From an uncultured Planctomycetota bacterium (lineage in GTDB: Bacteria; Planctomycetota; Planctomycetia; Isosphaerales; Isosphaeraceae), in contig CAWGMQ010000004.1 of NCBI GenBank assembly GCA_963823665.1, positions 768,001-832,000 on the forward strand: a stretch of 64,000 nucleotides of DNA, read 5' to 3'. Position 1 is the first letter of the stretch. Each line of letters starts with the position of its first letter. The position numbers were made by a program, and so were the translations under genes. Below the pieces are notes generated by a model. That model had not been told where the DNA came from. It ran no database searches and saw only the letters and a list, made by a program, of their open reading frames with translations. Of the stretch, positions 11,547 to 21,822 are shown piece after piece.

Positions 11547-12149
11547 CTAGGGTTTCTTGATCTGAGCCAACCGGTTGGCGATGCTGCAAAGGACGTCGAT
11601 CATCCGCCTGCCGCCGTCGACATCGAAGATCAGCTCGGTGGGATAAAAGCTGAGCGTCTTGAAAGTCTCGTCGTGATAGGTCTGGATGCGGCGGAGAATA
11701 ACATCCTCACTCATGTCGTCCAGCCGGTTCTCTCGCAAGGCTCTCGCCCGCAGCCGCTCGATGGCCTTGGCTGTGTCTTTGATCTGCAAGTGGAAGATCT
11801 GAATGACGTCGATGAATCCACTCAAAATTTCCGCCTGCGAATAGCTCCGGGGCAGCCCGTCCAGAATCAGGATGTGCTGTTCGGGGATGATCAACTCCTG
11901 CATCTCGAGGATGTTCAAATGCCGCTCGAAGATCCGGACAGTCAGATCATCTGGAACCATCAGCCCTTGCGAAGTGTACGACTCGATCTCGCGACCGAAT
12001 TTGCCGTTTCGGGGAATTTTGCGGAAGATGTCACCCATCGACATATGGATCCAGTCCGGAAGCTGGCCCAGCACCGTGCCCTGGGTGCCCTTGCCACTGC
12101 CTGGCATTCCGAACAGGATAATTGAGCGATAGCGGTGACGTTCTTCCAC
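11547..12149 (-). CDS. adk: Adenylate kinase family nucleoside monophosphate kinase (short LID)
   Basis: GMPGSGKGT P-loop, SMGDIFR, LDGLPR, R.DD motif; may be a paralog rather than the main adk. Confidence 0.8.
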   Translation of the reverse strand: MEERHRYRSIILFGMPGSGKGTQGTVLGQLPDWIHMSMGDIFRKIPRNGKFGREIESYTSQGLMVPDDLTVRIFERHLNILEMQELIIPEQHILILDGLPRSYSQAEILSGFIDVIQIFHLQIKDTAKAIERLRARALRENRLDDMSEDVILRRIQTYHDETFKTLSFYPTELIFDVDGGRRMIDVLCSIANRLAQIKKP

Positions 12150-12355
12150 GATTTGAGTCCTCCGGCAGAGGTGCCACAGCCCTACTAAAGTTCACGTTTC
12201 GATTACGCCAGCGAACGGCCACCCAAGCCTGCCCCGCTTCCGTCGCGGTGTCAACCGCCGGCCTCTGGGAAAAGTCTGCCGGTGAACGGGCTCTGGTCGA
12301 TCCGGAAAACGCTATGCTACTCCACCATCTTCGGCCATTGAAGGCAAGGAGCAAA

Positions 12356-12988
12356 TTGGTGCTGGGAACTCAATTACTGCTGGCACGACATGCTGAAACC
12401 TCGGCGCCGGACCGCTTTCACGGCGCCGAGTCCGACATCGGCTTGAGCGAATTCGGAGCCTGCCAGGCCGAGCGGCTCGCGGAGTACTTGAGCACCAAGG
12501 GCGCAGGGGCAATCTACAGCTCGGCGATGCGCAGGGCTATTGAAACCACCCGGCCGATCGCACGGGCGTGCGAGCTCATTCCGATTCCGATCGCTGCTCT
12601 CCACGAGCGGCGCATCGGCCCGTTGAGCGGCCTGGCACGCGAGGAAGGCTGGGCCGTTTATGCCGCCAGCAAGACGCGCTGGTTGAACGGCGACCTCGAT
12701 CACACGCACGAGGGCGGTGAATCGTACAACGACGTGCGACGACGCGTCGTACCTGTCTTCCAAGAGCTCGTGGCCCGACACTCGGGCGAGACGATCGTCG
12801 TCGTCGCCCACGGCGTCGTCATCCGCGTCGCCTTGACGAGCCTCATTGCCGGCGCGCACCCGTCCGACTTTGACCGCTTCGCGATCGACTTCGCGTCGGT
12901 GAACGAGCTGCGCTTCGATGGCACAACCTGGACGGCCGAGAAGCTGAACCACGTCGTCGCCCCCTCGCCAACCCGGCCCGTCGGATGA
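12356..12988 (+). CDS. Histidine phosphatase (phosphoglycerate mutase) family protein
   Basis: LARHAET, SSAMRRA, GGES, VVAHG; AAGGAG before TTG 12356 (start uncertain). Confidence 0.88.
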   Translation: MVLGTQLLLARHAETSAPDRFHGAESDIGLSEFGACQAERLAEYLSTKGAGAIYSSAMRRAIETTRPIARACELIPIPIAALHERRIGPLSGLAREEGWAVYAASKTRWLNGDLDHTHEGGESYNDVRRRVVPVFQELVARHSGETIVVVAHGVVIRVALTSLIAGAHPSDFDRFAIDFASVNELRFDGTTWTAEKLNHVVAPSPTRPVG

Positions 12989-13088
12989 TTCTGGACTGAC
13001 ACGCGCTCGTTGACTCTGCTGAGCCGGCATGTTGGGATGTTTGTGCAGACTGCGGGGTCGGGATCGTTTCAACGGCGAGTGGTTGTCC

Positions 13089-14432
13089 ATGGCAGAACCG
13101 AATCGGGCGGGTGCACGGAGGTGCTGGTGGGGCCGGCGGCCCCCCAGTGCGCGAAGCCGTGTGAGGGGCGAGATTGCAATCGAGCAGCTCGAATCGCGCA
13201 CGATGCTGAGCGGGTCGAGCGAAGGAGTGCGCCTGCTTGGCGTCCGGCCGCCGCACGAATCCGCCGCACTGGCGGGTAGCCGAAACCCTGCGTTCTTCAC
13301 GTCATTGATGGGGTTGCTGCAAGCTCGGGCGACCGCCGGTCCGCTGGCTGCGCTGGCTGGCGGCAAGGTTGGCGGCAGTGCCTTCGTTGCAAAGCTATCT
13401 AATCTCATTTCCGCATTCGACCAAGGTGCGGCACGGTTCTTGAAGCCGATCGCGCCGCGGTTAATCCCGCTGGTGGATCTGCAGGGAAACGCGCTTGCGG
13501 CCACCGAAAACCAGTGGAACCAGCGACGGCTAGCCGGGTTATATACCGGCAGCAACGCCACGTATTTCTACGTCAAGGATGCGACGACGACGATCCGGCA
13601 GTTAACTCTGAGCCGGCCGCTATGGCCAATGGGCACGCCCAATCTCTCGCTTTACCAGCGTGCCGACACGCTGGCGCATAACCTGGAATTCGACGTCGTG
13701 AATCCGCTCGAGAGCCAGAATCCGCCGAGCCCAGCGACCGCGAAGGCCGTCGGTTTGGCGGAGGCGAAGGCGTTTCAGGCCGATTTCGACGCCACGCTCA
13801 CGGCCCGTCCCTTCTTGAAATTCCTGGCTGATGTTGCCGCGGCTTCTCTCGAGAAAAACCTGAGCGTCATCGGGCAGCCCGGCATCAACCCGGCCTCCCA
13901 GGCGCAGGTCGCTCAATTGCAGTTCTCGTCGACGATGTTTGCCGGCCAGGGCTTGTTTGGGCCCCAGGGTCCTCTGAGTGCGGTCTTCACCGCGCCGGTG
14001 AACCCTTTCCCGTATAGCCAGTATTACCGGCTCTACACCTTCGCGGGTGCCCAGGTCGCGGTGAACGTGCTCGCGCAGGCGACGACGTACTACCGTACCT
14101 TCAGCGACCCGGTGAACAACGTTCCCCCGGTCGTCGAGAATAATTACAAGGGAGCCTACCTTTCGACGCAGGACTCGTTCGATTCGAGCGTGGCAATCCA
14201 GCAGCTTGCGCTCGATCAGAGCTGGTACCATCCCAACCTGGCGACGTTGAAAGTGAATGTGACGGTCCCCGCCGGGACAACGATCTACGTCGGCACGGTG
14301 GCTCCGATCTACCAGGGAGTCTATGCGCCCGAACTGATTCCGTCGCTCTACCCTGGAGGCGTCAATCAGACCGTCGTGCTGAGCCGGAACACGACATATA
14401 GCAATCCGAGGCCGATCAGCGCGCAGCCGTGA
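13089..14432 (+). CDS. Secreted hypothetical protein with LExRxLL leader and toxin-like C-terminal domain
   Basis: Arg-rich leader then IEQLESRTMLS; C-terminus YYRTF...GAYLS...LAL..SW...VPAGTTIYVGTVAP...PGGVNQ. Confidence 0.7.
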   Translation: MAEPNRAGARRCWWGRRPPSARSRVRGEIAIEQLESRTMLSGSSEGVRLLGVRPPHESAALAGSRNPAFFTSLMGLLQARATAGPLAALAGGKVGGSAFVAKLSNLISAFDQGAARFLKPIAPRLIPLVDLQGNALAATENQWNQRRLAGLYTGSNATYFYVKDATTTIRQLTLSRPLWPMGTPNLSLYQRADTLAHNLEFDVVNPLESQNPPSPATAKAVGLAEAKAFQADFDATLTARPFLKFLADVAAASLEKNLSVIGQPGINPASQAQVAQLQFSSTMFAGQGLFGPQGPLSAVFTAPVNPFPYSQYYRLYTFAGAQVAVNVLAQATTYYRTFSDPVNNVPPVVENNYKGAYLSTQDSFDSSVAIQQLALDQSWYHPNLATLKVNVTVPAGTTIYVGTVAPIYQGVYAPELIPSLYPGGVNQTVVLSRNTTYSNPRPISAQP

Positions 14433-14603
14433 ACTGAACGAACGGCGGCGTGCGAGTGAGAGTCGTTTTAATTTGACGCCGCACGCCTGCGAGTCTAGGC
14501 TACGGAGACAGAGAATGGGGCGAACCATGGTTCTTCTCACGCTCATGCTCGGCGCGAAGACACGGATCCCGACCGATGTTTCCCACAAACAAGGAGAATC
14601 ACC

Positions 14604-15326
14604 ATGAAAAGAACCTGGATGATGCTGTTGATGCTGGCTCCGGTGACCATCATGTCGCTGCCGGCCGCTCGAGCGGATGATGACGCTCGGGCACGTAAGT
14701 TGATGGAGGAGGCGTTCAATCGCCGTTACCACTGGAACGACGGGTTCAAAGGATTCTCGGCTGATTTCTCGTTGACCCGCGAGGGAAAGGCGGTCAAGGG
14801 GACCATCAAGGCCGACGCAACCAAGTCGCACGGCGGCGTGGCTGTCGAATGTGACGACGCCGATGTCAAGAAACTGGTGAGCGACACCGTCGCCAGCGCG
14901 ATCACGCACACGCGTGCCTCGAGCTTCGAGAAGGCGTTCGGCTCGTGCACGTTCGCAATTGCCGGGGATGGCGCTCACGGCGGCACCAAGATCGCGATCA
15001 CGGGACATGGTTTCTTCAAGGACTTCACGGTCAAAGACGGCAACATCATCGAGAATCACGGCGGCCATGATGCGATGTCCACGGAGGTGAAAGTCGAGCA
15101 GATCGTCTGGCTGGCCTCGAGCGGCAAGACGCTGCCTCGCGCGTATGCCTTCACGATCAAGAACGGCGATAAGGAGCAATCGGGCAAGAACATGGAAATG
15201 TGGCGCGAGGTCGATGGCACGTGGCTGCCCACCCGGTGGCACCTGGTGCGGAATGAAGGGAGCGCGGCCCCGGTCGAGAGCACGCTTGTCCTCGAGAACG
15301 TAAAGATCGACCAAGCCGGAAACTGA
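14604..15326 (+). CDS. DUF3386 family protein with signal peptide
   Basis: AAGGAG RBS; signal peptide ending ARA; ARKLMEEAFNRRYHWNDGFKGFSAD resembles the DUF3386 N-terminus. Confidence 0.75.
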   Translation: MKRTWMMLLMLAPVTIMSLPAARADDDARARKLMEEAFNRRYHWNDGFKGFSADFSLTREGKAVKGTIKADATKSHGGVAVECDDADVKKLVSDTVASAITHTRASSFEKAFGSCTFAIAGDGAHGGTKIAITGHGFFKDFTVKDGNIIENHGGHDAMSTEVKVEQIVWLASSGKTLPRAYAFTIKNGDKEQSGKNMEMWREVDGTWLPTRWHLVRNEGSAAPVESTLVLENVKIDQAGN

Positions 15327-15335
15327 CGCGACGGG

Positions 15336-15362
15336 CGAGCCGGTCGTAACACGACCGGCTCG
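15336..15362. terminator. Hairpin between convergent genes, likely bidirectional terminator
   Basis: Perfect 12-bp stem CGAGCCGGTCGT-AAC-ACGACCGGCTCG. Confidence 0.7.
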
Positions 15363-15365
15363 GAT

Positions 15366-15803
15366 TTAGCCTAACCCGGAGGCTGACGTGGCGGGGTATC
15401 GTCCGACGGCCTCCAGTTCCTTCCGCTCCATCAGTCGCTGTACCTCATTAAACTTGAACACTCGCTCAGTCACCTCGCCGATTGCTGTGAGCGGACGAAT
15501 GAACGAACCGTCCAGAATAAAGTGATCCGACCACGTGTCGAGGCGGGGATTCAAGAACCGAACTAAGTGACTCGGCACGCCCGTGACGGATCCCAGATCC
15601 GTTCCCTTGGAACGGTTACAAGGAAGACAGCAGTAGGCGAGGTTCTCGGGGACCGTCGGACCGCCGTGCTTTTCACTGATGATGTGATCGATCTCGCAGC
15701 CGTAAAAAGTATCATCTTCGTGGATGAGACAGTACTCACAACGTCCCTCGGCCCTGGCGGAAACCAGTCGACGGAAGTCGGCTGGGACGTGTGTTTGGCT
15801 CAT
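15366..15803 (-). CDS. HNH endonuclease
   Basis: RAEGRCEYC...EIDHIISEKHGG...NLAYCCLPCNRSKG...NPRLDTWSDHF. Confidence 0.9.
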   Translation of the reverse strand: MSQTHVPADFRRLVSARAEGRCEYCLIHEDDTFYGCEIDHIISEKHGGPTVPENLAYCCLPCNRSKGTDLGSVTGVPSHLVRFLNPRLDTWSDHFILDGSFIRPLTAIGEVTERVFKFNEVQRLMERKELEAVGRYPATSASGLG

Positions 15804-16035
15804 TGCGCCAGGCGCGTGCGCGCGCCTTCGCCAGCCGCATGAGATGTTCAAACTGAAGGTAATGATCGAGCTCAGACGTCTCCTCAGCAGACAACCCGGT
15901 CGTCTTCTCTCGCGCAACTAAATCCGCAACATGCTGACGCGTCGCCTCTGAAGGCTGAAACGTCGCGACTAGCTCCGAGGAAGGCCCGGCGGCGATGAAG
16001 TTAACGAACTCCTCATAAGCACGCGATTCTGTCAT
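15800..16035 (-). CDS. Small protein coupled to the HNH gene (putative antitoxin); small indel near the 3' end
   Basis: MTESRAYEEFVNFIAAG...LSAEETSELDHYLQFEHLMRLAKARA; correcting one base gives ...LAQ-stop in an ATGA overlap with the HNH start. Confidence 0.7.
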
Positions 16036-16225
16036 GAGAGAACCTCTCTTCAGAGCCCGAGCCGCCACGCCCGGCACGAGCACACGCCCAGACCATTGGT
16101 TGCAACTTCAATCGATTCTATCGCAGCCTGATTGCCGAAGGAACGGATATTCATCGCGTTGATACGGCCCGTCAGAGAAAAGATATTGGCGAAAGAGACC
16201 TTCCTCAAGACTCGCCACCAGACCC

Positions 16226-18532
16226 TCACGCCGCCGCGTCGCCCTTGCCCTCGCCGCCGTTCTTGAGCGCTTCCCATTCTTCCCACGTGTAGAGAACCTC
16301 GCGGGCGGAGCCGCTCTTGAACTCGCCGACAATGCCATCCTCGGCCATGAAATCGATGAGCCGGGCGGCGCGGCCGTAGCCGATTCCAAGAGCGCGCTGG
16401 AGAAGCGAGCAAGAACCACGCCCTTCGCGAACCACAACCTCGATCGCCGGCTCGTACAGCTCGTCGCGGTCCTTGAGTGCGCCGGCGCGTTCCTTTCCTC
16501 CGGGCCCGCCGGCGACTTGCATCTGCAGCAGCTCGCGGCTGAACTCGACCGGATAGCGCTCGAGATACTGACAGATGCGAACAACCTCCTGGTCTGAGAC
16601 GAACGTTCCCTGAGCCCGCACAATGTGCGAAGTGCCCGGGATCAGGAACAGCATGTCGCCGTTGCCCAGCAGCCGCTCGGCACCCATTTCATCGAGCACG
16701 ACCCGCGAGTCGCTGCGATTGGTCACCTGGAAGGCGATCCGCGCCGGCAGGTTGCCCTTGATCAACCCGGTGACGACGTCAACCACGGGCTTCTGGGTCG
16801 CCAGTATGAGATGAATGCCGACCGCACGCGCGAGCTGCGCCAGGCGAACGATGTGCTGCTCGACCTCTTTCTCGGCCGTCATCATGATCTCGGCCAGCTC
16901 GTCGGCGATGATCACGATGTAGGGCATGAACGTCGGGATGCGCTTTCGCTCCTCGTCGTCTTCAGGGGCAAGCCGCGTGTAGATCTCCTGGGCTCCCAGC
17001 CGGTTATAGGCCTGGATGTTTCGCACCTCCGCCCGGCGCAGGAATTCGTAACGTTCATCCATTTTCTCGCAGGCCCAGGCCAGGAGCGACTCGGCCTTTT
17101 TCATGTCGGTGACAACCGGGTGCATCAAGTGCGGAATGCGCTTGTATTGGGAAAGCTCGACCTTCTTGGGGTCGATCAAGATCATCTTCACTTCGTCGGG
17201 CCGCTTGGTCATCAGAATCGAGAGGATCATGGCGTTCAGGCAGACGGATTTGCCCGTGCCGGTGCGGCCGGCCATCAGAAGGTGCGGCATCTCGGCCAGA
17301 TCAAAGATGAGCGGCTGTCCCTTCACGTCTTTCCCGAGAAACAGCGGGATCCGGCATTCCTTGGACCGGCCCGAGATCCCCGCCATCACCTCGCCCAGGC
17401 GAACCATATTGCGGTGATCATTGGGCACCTCGATGCCGACCGTCGTCTTGTTGGGAATCGGGGCCACAATGCGCACGCTGGGAACTGCCAGCGCGATCGC
17501 CAGGTCATCAGCCAGGCTCATGATCTTCGAGACTCGCAGCCCGGCCTCGAGCTCGATCTCGAATTGCGTGATCACCGGGCCGGTATCGATCTGCACGACA
17601 CGCACCTGATAGCCGAAATCAAGCAGCGTTCGCTCCAGGAGCATCGCCCGCGCGCTCACCTGCGCCTCGTGCTCTTGCACCGGATAAGCTTTCGCAGGCT
17701 CGAGGATCTCGATCGGCGGAAGCTCGAACGGCGCGCCGGGCTCGAGCGCGGGAAACATGTATGCAGCGGGGTTGGCATTGGGTTGTTGAAGGGCCGTCCC
17801 CGGCGGCAACAGCCGGCGCATTCCGGGGTCACCCCCACTGGCGGGTGCCCCGGGGGCGGCCAGCGCGGGCGCTGGGTGTGAGGATGTTGCCGGCGCGAAA
17901 ACCGGATGATCGCGGTCAGGTGTATCGGAAAGGACGATCATCGACCCTGGTCCGCCCTTGTGAGCAAAGCCCGAGCCGCGCCGCCGCAAGCGGTGAGCAA
18001 TCCAACCGCGCAGCTCCTGGAACGGCCAGACGAAGAGCACTTCGTGGCAGAGGGCGAGCCCAAAAAGTCCGATCGCGGCGAGGATGAGAACCATGCCGGT
18101 CAGATGGAAGTATGCCTCGAGGAAGATCGCGACGGTCGCCCCGATATAACCGCCGGTGCCGACCGTGGGGCTGGGGCTGAGTCGGGGAGCCAGCCGGTGA
18201 ATGAAGCCGGCGGTTGCGATCAAGGTGATCACGAAACCGATGGCGGGGCCGAGGCGGTCGGGCACCGACCGTCTCGCGATCACGAGCACATTGATGACCG
18301 CCAGCCCCAGGAGCAGCAGCCACGAAGACCAACCGAGACTGATGAAGAGGATGTGGGCGAAGAGCGCGCCGACGGGTCCGCACGGATTGGCCGGCGGGTC
18401 GTTCGGGGGATCTGCCCCCCAGCCAGGTGGATCAGCCGGGCTGTATCCGCCCAGGCTCAGGCCCAGGAATACAATCGCCAAGCCGAAGGCAACAAGGGGT
18501 GCTGACCGCAATACTCTCTGGCGCACAGACAT
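16226..18532 (-). CDS. ftsK: DNA translocase FtsK
   Basis: N-terminal TM domain (NPCGPVGA), GPVITQFE, PHLLMAGRTGTGKS, LILATQKP, gamma domain LQRALGIGYGRAARLID. Confidence 0.96.
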   Translation of the reverse strand: MSVRQRVLRSAPLVAFGLAIVFLGLSLGGYSPADPPGWGADPPNDPPANPCGPVGALFAHILFISLGWSSWLLLLGLAVINVLVIARRSVPDRLGPAIGFVITLIATAGFIHRLAPRLSPSPTVGTGGYIGATVAIFLEAYFHLTGMVLILAAIGLFGLALCHEVLFVWPFQELRGWIAHRLRRRGSGFAHKGGPGSMIVLSDTPDRDHPVFAPATSSHPAPALAAPGAPASGGDPGMRRLLPPGTALQQPNANPAAYMFPALEPGAPFELPPIEILEPAKAYPVQEHEAQVSARAMLLERTLLDFGYQVRVVQIDTGPVITQFEIELEAGLRVSKIMSLADDLAIALAVPSVRIVAPIPNKTTVGIEVPNDHRNMVRLGEVMAGISGRSKECRIPLFLGKDVKGQPLIFDLAEMPHLLMAGRTGTGKSVCLNAMILSILMTKRPDEVKMILIDPKKVELSQYKRIPHLMHPVVTDMKKAESLLAWACEKMDERYEFLRRAEVRNIQAYNRLGAQEIYTRLAPEDDEERKRIPTFMPYIVIIADELAEIMMTAEKEVEQHIVRLAQLARAVGIHLILATQKPVVDVVTGLIKGNLPARIAFQVTNRSDSRVVLDEMGAERLLGNGDMLFLIPGTSHIVRAQGTFVSDQEVVRICQYLERYPVEFSRELLQMQVAGGPGGKERAGALKDRDELYEPAIEVVVREGRGSCSLLQRALGIGYGRAARLIDFMAEDGIVGEFKSGSAREVLYTWEEWEALKNGGEGKGDAAA

Positions 18533-18692
18533 CGAACCCCCTGAGAGCGCCGACGTCACGGGTGTACTGGCGATTAAAGACCGCTCCCGGTTTTGAATCG
18601 GGAGCGGCGCGCTAGCACCTAATCATCGGCCGGACCGGGGGAGGGTCTTGCGAGTTCCGCAACCCGAAACGCGGGGATCGGTCGGGCTCTGT

Positions 18693-18965
18693 TCAATCTC
18701 CGGGTTGGGTAAGATCCACGGTTTCGCCATTGCCCATCGGCTCGTCGGTGGGCTCGACGGTCCGGAGCTTGCCCGACAGATCCAGGTAGATTTTGTCCTG
18801 GACGATTTCCTGGATGACGATCGTCATGCGGTCGACGCCCCTCACGTCCACCAGGGCACGCGCGCCCTGGTTCAGTGCGATCATCCGCTTTTGAATCAAC
18901 GTGGAGAGCTTGAACCGCCCCCCCACTTTGTTGACGATTTCTTCTTCCTTCAGCTCATCAATCAT
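18693..18965 (-). CDS. rpoZ: RNA polymerase omega subunit
   Basis: [15 protein letters not shown]; position directly after gmk. Confidence 0.88.
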   Translation of the reverse strand: MIDELKEEEIVNKVGGRFKLSTLIQKRMIALNQGARALVDVRGVDRMTIVIQEIVQDKIYLDLSGKLRTVEPTDEPMGNGETVDLTQPGD

Positions 18966-19563
18966 GGTCGTTCCTCGCTTCGCACCCGGTTCGGGTCAAG
19001 ATTGCGGCAAGATCGTCGACAGCCCGGTCCAGGTCGTCGTTGATCACGCGGACATCATAAGACGCCGCGAGCTCGAGCTCGCGACGCGCGCCGGTCAGCC
19101 GGCGCGCGATTGTATGCTCATCATCGGTTCCCCGCGCCCGGAGGCGGCTCTCCAGGACTTCGAGGCTCGGGGGCTCGACAAAAATCAGCAGGGCGCTGCT
19201 CGCTTTCTTCCGGACTTGCAGACCTCCCTGGACATCGATCACCAGCAGCACGCAGTTTCCCTCAGCCATTGCCTGGCGCACCGGCCCTGCCGGCGTGCCG
19301 TAATCATTTCCGTGAACCTGGGCCGATTCGAGCAGCTCGCCGCGCATTCGCTCGAACTGCTCCTGGCTCACAAAAAGGTAGTCACGTCCAGGCTGTTCGC
19401 CCGGCCGCGGCGAGCGAGTCGTCGCCGATATCGAGACTTTCAGGCGCAGGCCCGGCCGGGCCAGCAAACGCCGGGCAAGCGTGCTCTTTCCCGACCCGGA
19501 AGGGCCAGAAAGCACGACCAACCGCCCGGGCAGATTCGCCCAATCGTCACCTTCACTCGACAT
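18958..19563 (-). CDS. gmk: Guanylate kinase
   Basis: [31 protein letters not shown]. Confidence 0.96.
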   Translation of the reverse strand: MSSEGDDWANLPGRLVVLSGPSGSGKSTLARRLLARPGLRLKVSISATTRSPRPGEQPGRDYLFVSQEQFERMRGELLESAQVHGNDYGTPAGPVRQAMAEGNCVLLVIDVQGGLQVRKKASSALLIFVEPPSLEVLESRLRARGTDDEHTIARRLTGARRELELAASYDVRVINDDLDRAVDDLAAILTRTGCEARNDHD

Positions 19564-20431
19564 TTTGGACAAGCTCACGGATCTTTTCCAGAATCGCTTT
19601 CACCTCCACGACCAGGCGGCTGATCCGCACGTCGCTCGCCTTGGAGCCGATCGTGTTGATCTCGCGCCCGATCTCTTGCGCCACGAACTCGAGCTTCCTT
19701 CCCGCACTCTGAGGCTCGTCGATGATCTCGTCATACTGGCTCAGGTGGGCCCGCAGCCGAACGATCTCTTCACTGATATCGCAGCGGTCGGCCAGGATCG
19801 CCGTTTCTCGGGCCACGTCGGCCGGCTCGAGCGTCACGCCGCTATTCTTCAGCAGAGATTGAATCCGCTCGCGAAGCCGGTCCTGCAAGCTCTGCACGAC
19901 CAAGGGCCCGCGCTCGGCGATGGCATTCAGATGCTCGAGGATCGCGCGGCCTGAGGCCCGCAGCTCATCGGCCATGGCCTTGCCCTCCTGCGCACGGCTG
20001 GCTTCAAGCTTGTTGAGGGCTTCCGTCACAACGCGAGCGATCTCGGGCCAGTCCTCAAGCGGGGCTGCCGCCCCCGGCAGAGCGTCCTCGACGACGCCCG
20101 GCAGCGCAAGGAGCGACGAGACGTCGAGGGCCCGGTCGTCAAATCCACGCAGTCCCTTGAGCTGATCGCGATAGCTCGCGATCGCGGTCAGATTGAGGCG
20201 GTAATCTTCGGGCCGGTGCGGGCGCTCGATTCGCAACGTGGCCTGGACCGTGCCGCGCCGCACCTTCTCTCGAATGAGCTGTTCAAGGGCGGGCTCGACC
20301 ATCGCGTGGGAATCGCTGATCTTGGCGCTCAACTTGAAGTGCCGGTTGTTGACGGTGCGCACCTCGACCGTGATCGACCATCGCGGGTCTTGAAGCCGGG
20401 CTTCTCCAAATCCGGTCATGCTCAGAAGCAA
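19553..20431 (-). CDS. yicC: YicC/YloC family endoribonuclease
   Basis: SMTGFG, VNNRH, DISEEIVRL, GRKLEFVAQEIGREINTIGSK. Confidence 0.93.
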   Translation of the reverse strand: MLLSMTGFGEARLQDPRWSITVEVRTVNNRHFKLSAKISDSHAMVEPALEQLIREKVRRGTVQATLRIERPHRPEDYRLNLTAIASYRDQLKGLRGFDDRALDVSSLLALPGVVEDALPGAAAPLEDWPEIARVVTEALNKLEASRAQEGKAMADELRASGRAILEHLNAIAERGPLVVQSLQDRLRERIQSLLKNSGVTLEPADVARETAILADRCDISEEIVRLRAHLSQYDEIIDEPQSAGRKLEFVAQEIGREINTIGSKASDVRISRLVVEVKAILEKIRELVQNVE

Positions 20432-20560
20432 GGGTGCCTCACCGATTCACCTGCCAGATCTCGATCGAACGAAAAAACACGACACCGTGCGAGCGGCCGG
20501 GAGACTGTCGCAAATGACACGTTCGCCGCGCGATTGATTCATGCCGGCACGAGTATGCGA

Positions 20561-21013
20561 TCACTGTTTTTTAGCGGGGATCGGCGACGTATCGAGCGAG
20601 TCGGGCATCTCGCTGAGTGCCTTGAAGTCGTCAGGAAGCGGGCTTTTGCCCGGCGGCGGCATGTCGCTCCTGGAGGATGTCGATCCTGTGCCGCTTGAAT
20701 CCCTCAACTTGGAGTTGGAGTCGCGGGCTGAGTCCGCCGCGGCCACGGCGGCTTTGTCGTTCCAGTCCGAGGGCGGCTTGCGATTGGTGAGAACGACCAT
20801 GAACATCGAAAGCAAGATCCAGGCGATGGCCACGCCCACGGTGACCTTGGTGAAAACGTCGCCAGTCCTCGCGCCGAAGGCACTCGATCCGCCCATCCCG
20901 CCGAACGCGCCGGCGAGCCCGCCGCCCTTGCCCCGCTGGATGAGGATGAGAATGATGAGAAACAATGTCAGGATGACGATGACGATGTTCAGAAAGCCCA
21001 GGAGGATGTCCAT
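20561..21013 (-). CDS. secG: Preprotein translocase subunit SecG
   Basis: [20 protein letters not shown]; position after tpiA. Confidence 0.92.
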   Translation of the reverse strand: MDILLGFLNIVIVILTLFLIILILIQRGKGGGLAGAFGGMGGSSAFGARTGDVFTKVTVGVAIAWILLSMFMVVLTNRKPPSDWNDKAAVAAADSARDSNSKLRDSSGTGSTSSRSDMPPPGKSPLPDDFKALSEMPDSLDTSPIPAKKQ

Positions 21014-21040
21014 GGATCGCCCTTCCAGTTATCGAATCAC

Positions 21041-21822
21041 TCAAGCCGTCTTCCGCGGGGTCACATCCTGTCCCGCCCGCACAATTGCCAGAAAGTCACT
21101 TGATTTCAAGCTCGCGCCCCGACCAAGGCCCCATCGATGTCCGGCGACGCCAGGAGCTCGGCCGCGTTGTCGGGCTTCACGCTCCCTCCGTACTGGACAA
21201 TCACTCGGGCCGCTGTCGCTGCACCGAATTGCCCGGCGAGCCAGGTTCGGATGAATGCATGGGCCGCCTGGGCCTGCTCGGGAGTAGCGGTCAATCCCGT
21301 GCCGATCGCCCAGACCGGCTCGTACGCAATCACCGTGCCTGCCATCGTTTCCGGCTCAAGACCCGCCAGTGAGCCAGTCAACTGGGCCAGCAGCACAGCT
21401 TCGGTCTGGTCGCCCTGCCGCTGCTCTTTCGTCTCACCCAGACAAACGATGGGGATCAACCGCGCCCCGAGCGCCGAACGAAGCTTGCAATTGATCTGTG
21501 CATCGGTTTCACCCAGCCCATGGCGTCGCTCACTATGGCCGAGGATGACATGGGTGCAGCCAGAATCGAGGAGCATTGCCGAGGAAAGCTCGCCGGTGAA
21601 AGCCCCGCCCGGCTCCCAGTGCATATTCTGGGCTCCCAGGCCGATCGGCGTATTTTCGAGAACGGTGTCGACGTCGCTCAGGAACACGGCCGGCGGGCAG
21701 AGTACGACGCGCACCACGGTCGACTGGCCGACGCCCGACTTGACGGCTTCCGCCAAGGCCATGGCCTCGGTGCGAGTGCCGGGGTTCATCTTCCAGTTTC
21801 CCGCGATCAGCAAGGTGCGCAC
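21041..21822 (-). CDS. tpiA: Triosephosphate isomerase, 1-nt frameshift near 21118
   Basis: [39 protein letters not shown]; restoring one base gives GALVGGASLK...KTA-stop at 21041. Confidence 0.95.

Noticed and set aside
15369..15375. attC core site GCCTAAC/GTTAGGC at the HNH gene end
   Set aside because: Single 7-mer with no matching partner or attC-like arms
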